Assembly (NCBI RefSeq): GCF_006345805.1
Contig: NC_043009.1
Span: forward strand, 27,900,001 to 27,964,000
Direction: 5' to 3'
DNA length: 64,000 bases
From: Octopus sinensis
Lineage: Eukaryota
Shown here: piece by piece, positions 54,554 through 64,000 of the stretch
How positions within the stretch are numbered: position 1 is the stretch's first letter
Layout: the number at the start of each line of letters is the position of its first letter
The notes under the pieces: model-generated
Told to the model about the DNA's origin: nothing
Database searches by the model: none
What the model saw: only the letters and a program-made list of their open reading frames with translations
Position numbers and translations under genes: made by a program

Positions 54554-54772
54554 GCCTTTAGCATTTAAAGTGGTCATGTCCAGCCAAAATATTGTACCTG
54601 TTTTATATTTAAACTGACCGGATCTGGCCTCTCACACCTACCCTGTAATGTCATTGTTAAAATAAACAATCAACATCAAAATCTTGATGCTTTCAGATAA
54701 TGCAAGAATAATCTGGAACACAGTGGAACAAATAAGCATTATATTTGGTAGAGCACCTTGAATGCTAAAGGG
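54554..54772. mobile_element. piggyBac-type MITE
   Basis: Termini (g)cctttagcattt ... gaatgctaaaggg; right flank TTAA, left flank TTGA (decayed TTAA). Confidence 0.55.
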
Positions 54773-57700
54773 TTAAACTGAAACCCTGTCCTGAATGAAT
54801 TCCACAACGTGGATTCTGCTAGGAGTGTTTAAGGTGTCAGTGATGGTGTTAAATGACGTAATGGACTGAGTCTACCATCCACATAGATTGTGGCAGCATT
54901 TGAATTTTGACCACCCAAACACACACACCACATGCACACACACCTACAGACACACTGACACACACACAACACACACATACTCACACATACACATACACTC
55001 ACACACATACACGTTTACACATATATACACACACTGCCATGCACACATACATACATACATACACACACCTATGTGTACACATTTACATACATACACATAC
55101 ATACATACATACTTACATACATACATATATATACACACACATACACATACAAAGATAAGCAAGATATGTGTATATGAGTTCAAACATATTTCATGCGTAT
55201 GTTTTTGTGTGTACACATGTGTGTGAGTGAGTATATGTGTGCTTATACCCAGATACACACACACACGAGAAATGCATTTGTGTGCATTCAGTCACTCGTA
55301 CAAGAAATAGAGAGAAAAACAACAACACTGCCTCACAAAATGTTGATAATTTTATGATAAAAAACTAAAATTCTTTCAAAAATATTATTTCATGTCTTTC
55401 CTTTTTGGAACTTCATTCAAATGCTTGTTTTTTCTTTTAATTTAATTTCTTTTAAATTTTATTTGCAGAATAAGCTTCAAAATTGAATGTAGGAATAATT
55501 CATATTTCCTCTAAGAAATAAAGACACAGCGAAGAATAATTGTATTAACTTTGAAATTTTTCACTTCAAAATGTGTTGAAATAAAAAACGGAAAACAACA
55601 TTTAAAAGAATAAATAAATAAATAAAAATTAATGCCAATTAGCTGAAATTCTTCTGTTGGCCTGAATAAGATTCATTCTGGCAAATATTTTCCAGTTTGC
55701 TCAATAACAGTGTCAGTTACTTGAAAATATTTTTTTAACAATATTTCCATTTTTTGTTGTTGTTATCATTATTATTATTATTATTACTATTATTGTTATT
55801 ATTATTGTCATTATTATTATTATTATTATTGTTGTTGTTGTAATTTGGTTTGCTATGTTGAAGTGAGAATCCTGTGAAGAAGTCAACATGTAGTGAAAAA
55901 TTCTGTAATTGGAATCAATGGACAAAGAAATTTTGTTCCGATAGACGCAGAAATAGCGAGAGTTCTGTGAAGAGCTAAATTGGTGAATGGTATTAATTTT
56001 GAGTCGATTGATTTTGCTCCGACACTAACTGCAAGTAAGTTTCCAATTTTAACATGGTTGAAGAAACAGAAAACAAAAATAACCACCACCACAACAACAA
56101 TAACAACGACATCAACAACATCAACAGCAACAAAGAAAGTTGTCATTAAACACAACAGTTATTTTGATTCATTGTCATTAACCCTCTTTTGTGGCGGCAT
56201 CGGAAAGACGAGGCAAGATTCCTGAAAGCAGTCTCTCATTAATGAATATCCCTACTTGAATAATTTATGACCGCAAGAGTCACACATTTAATATGAGTCA
56301 CAATGAAAGACAGATGTCATTCATTGTAGTGACTCTGACATCGAGAGCTACTTATTTAAAAAATTATTTCTCATTTCCAAACACGCATTTCATGGATGAC
56401 ATGTTATTAAAATAGCTATGGCAGTAAAAATAACGAGAATGTAATTATTGTTTTGTTGCTGCTGCAATTAACTTTGATTGGGACAGACAAACCACCGGAA
56501 GAGCCACTGAAACATTTCAAGATGAATGCTAGGCTCGGCACAAACACATTCAGATTATTTCCAAGATATCCTTTCAACAAATCAATCTGAATATCATAAC
56601 AATAAACCACATAAACTATGACACAGAAAATAATGAAACTCTCCTTCGAACATCATTTACTGAAGTATTTTACTACTTATCTAATAATTATTTCTACAGT
56701 GAGTAATGATCTTTGGCCTAGTGGCTAAGAGCGTTTGCACTCACGATCACAGGACTGTGGTTTCAATCCCTGGATTGGGTGGTGCATTGTGTTTTTGAGT
56801 AAAATACTTCATTCCTTGTTGATCTGCAATCACATTGAAGCCTGATGTGTGGTACAACATGCACCTGTTTAGGCAGCATCAGTTAGATGAAGGGCATGAG
56901 CTAATGAACAACACAAACATTTGATTACTATAAACAAATCATTTATGTTGGTTCTTCAGCAAGAAACTGCACAACCATTTCTATTTGGACTAAGAAACGC
57001 TACAATGATGTGTGTGTGTATGTGTGAGAGAGAGAGAGAGTATTATCTAATAAACATAATATATGTATTTATGTGCTACTATTAGTTTTATGTGCTGAGT
57101 GCATGCCAAACAGTGTCTGGTGTCCTAGCACAATCATCAGACACTGTCCACATGGCAATATATATATATATATATATATAGAAGGTTGAAAAGGAACACA
57201 TGAGTTGATACATATATAAGGTAAAAAGTCAAGTTAGAAAATGCTAAAATATTTTTATAAAAAACATTTCTGTACCAGTTTCGGTCATTGAGACTTTTTC
57301 AAGTATGGAGTGTTGTTTTGATTTTCTTATTTTCAGGAAAGGGTTGTTGAAAGATGGTTTCATAGTTTGAGAACCAAGAGGTACTTTTCTCCCAGCATTG
57401 GAGGGATGTCAGTCCTTTATCACAATCCTCTTTCCATAGTTTGGGTCATTTTGCTAATTTCTTGGTTGATCTCTTCATCGATGGATCTTACTTTATCTTC
57501 ATTCGTCTGGGCCTTCAATCTTAGAAGTTCTATTTCCATTTTCATTTTTTCCAGTGCCATTCTTTCCCTGAGGTGTCTTTGTGTTTCAGGTTCATCCTTT
57601 TTCCCTGCTTGGGTTGACATTACCTTTCATCCTTTTGAGTTTGGTGAAATAAGCACCAGCTGAGCACTGAGGGTGACATAACAGACATACTGAACTGGCT

Positions 57701-59317
57701 GGTCTTGTACCAAAATTTGAAACCAATATTATTGGAATATTTCCTATCATTCTTATAGTAATAAAAGACAGGAATATTAGTCTGCTATGGTCTATGTATA
57801 TAATACTTTACACAAACACTATTATAACTATGGAAGAAAATCAAAGACATAATTTATTACATATATAGCATTTACAATATTTGTAAGATAATTGACTGAT
57901 AAACTATGGAATGTAATTGATGATATAATCTGTTATAGACATAACATTTATATTATTTGTAGGACAAATAATTGATAAAGGAATATTCAAAATTAAATCA
58001 AAATAAAGTCAGCCACAACATCAAAGTGGCTGTTTCGTGTTACTACTAGTTTAATCCAAGGCAGATTCTCCACTAACTGGTTATTGGTGTGATGCTGCAC
58101 CCTTTATATACAATGCATATTGCTAGCAAGGGGAGTGAACACCTACCATCCTCTAGTAGATAACAAGATCATGAGACTGACTCAGTTTTGAGCTGGTTGG
58201 CTCATCTTTAGTCACAAGCACCTGGCTGCCAGAGCATTAGCCAGAGTCTGCTCCAGCCAGCAATATATTGTAAACAAAGTGACCATTGATCACTGATTTG
58301 CAACAAGCAAAATGCTTTATATATATGTGTATTTATGTACGTACATATATATGTATGTGTATGTGTATGCATGCACACATGTATATATATGTATATATAT
58401 ACTTACATATACATATTCAGTAAGTCCCTTCTGCCAGACCACTAATTTACAGGGATGTAAACAAACCAATGCCGGCTGTAAATCCCCCCCAAAAAAGAAA
58501 AAACACAAGTAAAATCAACAACACAAGGATGCGCAGAGAAGGAAAGAAAGGTTGTTTTATGTTTGAATCAAAGCTCTTCATCAGAAACAGGAGACAGAGG
58601 AAAGTCCAAGAGAAAAGGAAGACAGAGGGGAAAAAATCACTAACTATTCGCATATGGTTACATTTTGAAATGTATTTATATATGTATATATGTATGCACA
58701 CACATGTATGTATATACCAGGCTTCCACACAGTTTCCATTCATCGAATTCCCTCCCAAGACGAAGCATTGGTTGTCCTGTTGCTATGGTAGGAAACATTT
58801 GCCAACGGTGACACTCAGTTGGATTGAACCCATGACCAATTGTTTCGGAAAATGAGCACCTTAAACACACAGCCATGCCTGTGCATGTATCTCCACACAC
58901 CCTGTTATACTCTCCATGTACGTTTCCACAATTAGATATCATATTGTATGGTTTATTATTGATTGTTAGCATTGTATAAAAAAAAAATTGCCTTTGTCTC
59001 CTAAGACATTAGTTTTATCTCAATAGCAGCGAAAGTATCAATCTTCTTTCGTCAATGTTAGGATACCAATGTCAGAAAGTAAACACTCTCTGCTGTTGAC
59101 AAATATGTCAATACTATTTTTCATATAATAACTTCGTAGTATCTGTATATACCCCACCCCACACGCATAGATGCTTATGTTCATATGTGTGTGTATGTGT
59201 GTGTGTATATATATAAATGTATTTCTATCTATCTATCTATATATATACATATATATATATATATATGTATGTATATATATATACATATATCTATATATAC
59301 ATATATATATACCTAAA

Positions 59318-59368
<51 letters not shown>

Positions 59369-60713
59369 CATATAGCTATATATATTTTGTATATGTATAT
59401 ATGAATGTATATATGTCCCATACATGCATACAATCATACGTACATATATTTACAACACATGTGTGTGTATGTATGTATGAATATACAATAGTCAAATAGT
59501 AGTTGTGTACTTATATGTGTATGTGACTGTTGTAAAAAACAGAATAAATCAATTTCTTGAAATAAAATAAAATGTGTTTGAAAAGTATATTGGATTGTAT
59601 TTTAAATGTAGATAATTCTTTAGAATAAGGAAATTCACTTGCTATAGCCTCAATGCAGCTTCCTTTCTATTGACAATATATATATTGACATTTACTGTAC
59701 AATAATCATGTAAGTCAGATGGAATGGTAGATTCGGATATTTACTTGACTCAAGGATGTGTTTCTTAAAAACTCCAAGATTGTACATACATATGGCAGTA
59801 AGGAGTTTGCTTTCCAATCACATGGTCCCTGATTCAGTTCCACAGCATGGCATCTTGGGTATATGTCATTTGCTGAAGCCTTCTACCAACCAAAGCCTTG
59901 TGAATGGATTTGGTAGACAGAAATTGAAAGAAGCGGCAAGCTGGCAGAAACGTTAGCACGCCAGGTGAAATGCTTAGCGGCATTTTGTCTGCCGTTACAT
60001 TCTGAGTTCAAATTCCGCTGAGGTCGACTTTGCTTTTCATCCTTTCGGAGTCGATAAATTAAGAACCAGTTACGCACTGGGGTCGATGTAATTGACTTAA
60101 TCCTTTTATCTGTCCTTGTTTGTCCCCTCTATGTTTAGCCCCTTGTGGGCAATAAATAAGAAATTGAAAGAAGCCCATCACATGTGTGTATGTGTCTTTG
60201 TGTCTGTGTTTGCCCTCCACCACCACTTGACAACAGGTGTTGGTTTGTTAATGTCCTTGTAACTTAGCAATTCAGCAAAAGAGACTAATAGAATAAGTGC
60301 CAGGTGGAAGAAAAAATATACTGGGGTCAATTCGTTCAGCTAAAATTCTTCAAAGTGGTGCTCCAGCATGGCCACAGTTTAATAAGTGAAAGTAGTAAAA
60401 GATAAAACATGCCATTTCTCTAAATGATGAGAAAAAGGGAAAAATATACTCTGTCAGTAACATAGTTTAGCACCAATCTTTCCTGATGAAGGCTCCACAA
60501 ATGGCAGCTTGCTGGAGACAACAGAAACTGCAAAGATAAATTTTTCGCAGATGCATGGTTATGTGGTTAAGAAGTTTGTTTCTAGACTGCATGGTTTTGG
60601 GTTCAGTTCCATTTTGTGGTTTGTGTGGTGAGTAGCAAAAGGCCTAGGTCAACCAAATCTTTGTGAGTGTATTTAGTAGATTGAAGCTGAAAGAAGTCCA
60701 TTGCAGATGTATA

Positions 60714-61234
60714 CATGATGTCTGATCAAAAACTATTGAGACTGTTGCTATGTTAATGGAGCTTAAGTACGCAAGGTGAAGCTGCTTCACACAAATTGAC
60801 CTTGAATTCTGTCAAGTATGCGTACCAATCAATGTTCTCACTCACTTCTGCTGTTTATAGCAGTGCTTGGAAGTAAAGTGTGGTTAGATTGGTTATCTCA
60901 ACAAAGGGGATTGGGTTTCACTTGCACAGGACCTCCTTGACTGTGCTGAGGAAGAAAAAAAAAACTATTGAAAACGGTGACAAATCGTGGGTCTTTTGCT
61001 ATGACCCTGAAACCAAGGCAAAATTCAAAACCCACTTGGAAGGAACAAGATATCAAGTTGTTGAGGAAATCCAAGAGAATGCAACCCCCACAAAAGAAGT
61101 TCCAGGAATGCTTCCATCATTAGAAATGAGCTTGGGTAAAGAGTATGGCTTTGAAGGAGATTAAATGCTGAATTGATATGCAATGTAGTGTTCCTTTTAG
61201 AGCACCTGTCCCAAAACTTTTTGATCAGGCCTTG
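60714..61234 (+). mobile_element. Internally deleted mariner element (521 bp), different family
   Basis: TIRs catgatgtctgatcaaaaact / actttttgatcaggccttg, TA at both ends. Remnants NGDKSWVFCYDPETK (cf. TGDESW...YDPETK) and a G.YFEGD-like C-terminus. Confidence 0.8.
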
Positions 61235-61264
61235 TATAGAGGCTTTTCCTGTTGGCTTCAACAG

Positions 61265-61359
61265 CAATTCACTACGTTTCAAGATTATCTGAGTACATGA
61301 TATCAATATGCCTCAATAATGCTGGAACGTTGGTACCTACCATTTTCAGTGATTCTGAG
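61265..61359 (+). CDS. Candidate 95-nt exon (xIHYVSRLSEYMISICLNNAGTLVPTIFSDSE)
   Basis: Acceptor ttttcctgttggcttcaacag, consensus donor GAG|gtgagt; one frame open. Product unknown; could be UTR. Confidence 0.35.
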
Positions 61360-62231
61360 GTGAGTTGTCTTGCCTGCTCTGTGATAATCAGGTAGTTTTC
61401 AACCCTTGGCTTCATGTACATTAATTTTCCTTGGGTGATATTCTGCAGTAAATTTGGTGTATAAACAAAACACACATACATTGTTTCTGGCAACCAATTA
61501 AGGTAAATTAATTTTTGCCTTGTCTCTTCTTGCTTGAATATTTTTTAGCAAAAAGCGACAAAGTCTTTGTGAATGAGACTTTTCCATTGTTCCGTTCTGG
61601 GTTTTGCTTTTTACATAGTGAAAGAATAAAATTTTGGAGGTAATTCAGGCAAAAACTGGCAGAAATGTTTCCATCTTGGCATTTTTCATTTGGTGACTTT
61701 TGTGTTTATGTGTAGTTTTTAATGTTATTTTGTTGCTGTCATTAAGCAAACATTCAAAACCACTTAAATTATTCTTTCCGAAAAAGTAGCTTCCGTGTCA
61801 GACTTCAAAGCAAGCTTGTTTATGTCTTTTTACTTGGTGCTCATTCAATGATGGTTTTTCCATTTTTTTTATTCTTTGTGCGCATTACTCGGTTCACTTG
61901 ACTTCTTGACTTCCTTATAAATCAAGTTAAATCAAAATGTTCAAATAAAAATATTATCTTTCTGAAAAAGAATTTAATAAAATTTACTTGCCTTGTAAAA
62001 TAGTTATGTATGTAAAAATATGAATTCAATTATTGGAGATTTAATTATTGGTGAAAGGCCAGCAACTTTGGGGGAGGGAGTAAGTTGATTACATCGACCT
62101 CCAGTACTCAACTGGTATTCATTTTACCAACCCTGAGAGGGACGAGAAGTAAAGTTCACTCCAGAGGAATTTGAACTCAGGGTGTAAAGATGGATGAAAT
62201 GCTGCCAAGTATTTCACCCAGTGTGCTAATG

Positions 62232-62805
62232 ATTTTTTTCTACTCTAGGCACAAGGCCCAAAATTTTGGGGGAGGAGGCCAGTTGATTAGATCGACCCAG
62301 TATGCAACTGGTACTTAATTTATCGACCCCAAAGGAATGAAAGGCAAAGTCAACCACAGCAGAACATAAAGACAGATGAAATACCTATTTCTTTACTACC
62401 CAGAAGGGGCTAAACACAGAGGGGACAAACACGGACAGACAAACGGATTAAGTCGATTATATCGACCCCAGTGCATGACTGGTACTTATTTAATCAACCC
62501 CAAAAGGATGAAAGGCAAAGTCGATCTCAGCAGAATTTGAACTCAGATATGTAGTGGCAGACAAAATACCTATTTTTTTACTACCCACAAGGGGCTAGAC
62601 ACAGAGAGGACAAACAAGGACAGACAAACGGATTAAGTCGATTATATCGACCCCAGTGTGTAACTGGTACTTATTTAATTGACCCCAAAAGGATGAAAGG
62701 CAAAGTCGACCTCAGCGGAATTTGAACTCAGAACGTAGCGGCAGATGAAATGCCACTAAGCAGTTCACCCGGCATGCTAACGTTTCTGCCAGCTCCCCTT
62801 GCCTT
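62232..62805 (-). mobile_element. Trimeric head-to-tail SINE array
   Basis: Three units with junctions at 62569/62570 and 62384/62385 (period 185 bp); same junction sequence as the 40.9 kb dimer. Confidence 0.85.
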
Positions 62806-64000
62806 CATTGGAGATTTGAATATTCATTGCCAGCAAAGACACAATACGTTGTTGTCTATTTTTTCAATCTTTGATCACATTGTTTATAGCCGTATCCATT
62901 TATGAAACGTGCCTTGCAGTGATGATTCTGAATATTATACAAAATGCATAGAGACAAACTTAAAAGTAGAAATTTAAAAAGGTTTACTTCATAAATACAA
63001 CAACAAGAAATGGCTGTATTTAATTTTCCATTGTTCTCCTCAACACCAACAGAAAGAAAGACTTCAGCAGATCTTGATTGTTTGCATGAAACAGTAATTC
63101 TACACCACATGATATGAGAGTACAAGTTAAATATAGATTTCAATACGGACAATTCTAGATATTGATTTGTAACAGTTTACATGAATGTATTTGTAAAATC
63201 CTACATTGATAAGTCAGATGGATGTAGAAATGTTAAGGAAAATGTATTCTGGTAGTTTCATGATTTTGTGTCAATGGGATGTTGTAAAGTTAAATGCTCA
63301 CAAACAGATAAATGGTTTCCATGCAAGGAAAATCATGTGAAATGTATAAATTTTTACTGGTGGAAATTCTGTTGAGGCTAAGCCAAAGAAATTAACTGCT
63401 TTGAGAGAAAGAAACTGAAATACAAAATAATACCAGATGTATGATGCATACCAGATTAGTTAATCAGAAGTAGAGAGGAAGATGCATGTGTTGAGTAAAT
63501 AACATTATGCCATGTAAAAAAATGAGAAGGAGAATAGACTTTCTGATATCTGTATAAGAAAATTTGCTCCACTGACTGCTAGGCTTCAATAGTCAAAACA
63601 ACACAAGTGACAAAGAACTAATATATTGGGAGCCAGGATAACTTCACAACACAGTGTATGGCAAAAAATATTAACCCCAGCGTTTTGAGAAGTAGTTAAT
63701 ATCCCACAAAGTTAGAGTAGAACCTAAAGGAAATAAACATTTACCAGAATTCTCTCCTTTATTTTTTTTTTACTGAAACAGGGAAAGAAATAAGTAAAAT
63801 GAAAACTCACTAATTTTACAAAAGTATTAAGTATGTAAAATTATTGTCTTAATTATGAAAATCTTTTGAAAAATATGTTCAAAGATTTATCTGCATTTGT
63901 TGAAGATCTTGAAACTGAATTAGGACATGGAACATGAAAGTGAAAATGGTACCAATGGTATGTAGAGTGTTAGGTGGGATGAAACACATGAATAAAAACA

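Noticed and set aside
62232-62805. CRISPR-like array or hammerhead retrozyme
   Set aside because: Units are ~185-bp SINE bodies without unique spacers, and no CTGANGA/GAAA core was found on either strand.
398-63152. The many YI/HT/CV/poly-I/poly-M/poly-D ORFs in the six-frame track
   Set aside because: They are translations of (TA)n, (CA)n, (CATA)n, (TCTA)n, (AAT)n and (GAT)n microsatellites that lack stop codons in some frames.
62856-63152. 98-aa minus-strand ORF
   Set aside because: No recognisable motif or splice context; within chance expectation.

Overview
Eukaryotic, AT-rich, extremely microsatellite-dense DNA. The SINE families and simple-repeat load look like a coleoid cephalopod, most likely Octopus (inference). 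Nearly every ORF in the supplied track is a translated microsatellite. No host gene could be identified by homology; only low-confidence splice-signal-flanked candidate exons are reported. The supportable content is mobile DNA: a near full-length decayed CR1-clade LINE (19152-23090, minus) with two tandem CCCH fingers upstream of APE-RT; a second CR1 RT fragment; a decayed Penelope-like element with a nested SINE; two R4/Dong-type RLE-endonuclease 3' remnants, both inside (AAT)n arrays; RTE-like 3' remnants, one duplicated as a 440-bp tandem; a 1.13-kb TG...CA solo-LTR-like element in (TA)n; two ~520-bp mariner deletion derivatives; pogo-, piggyBac- and Helentron-type non-autonomous elements; and dozens of tRNA-derived SINEs, including head-to-tail multimers with a fixed junction. 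The most interesting signals are (i) microsatellite-associated R4/Dong-like retrotransposons, (ii) repeat families whose consensus rebuilds a minimal hammerhead ribozyme, one arranged as a 263-bp palindrome, and (iii) a SINE dimer mobilised as one unit.
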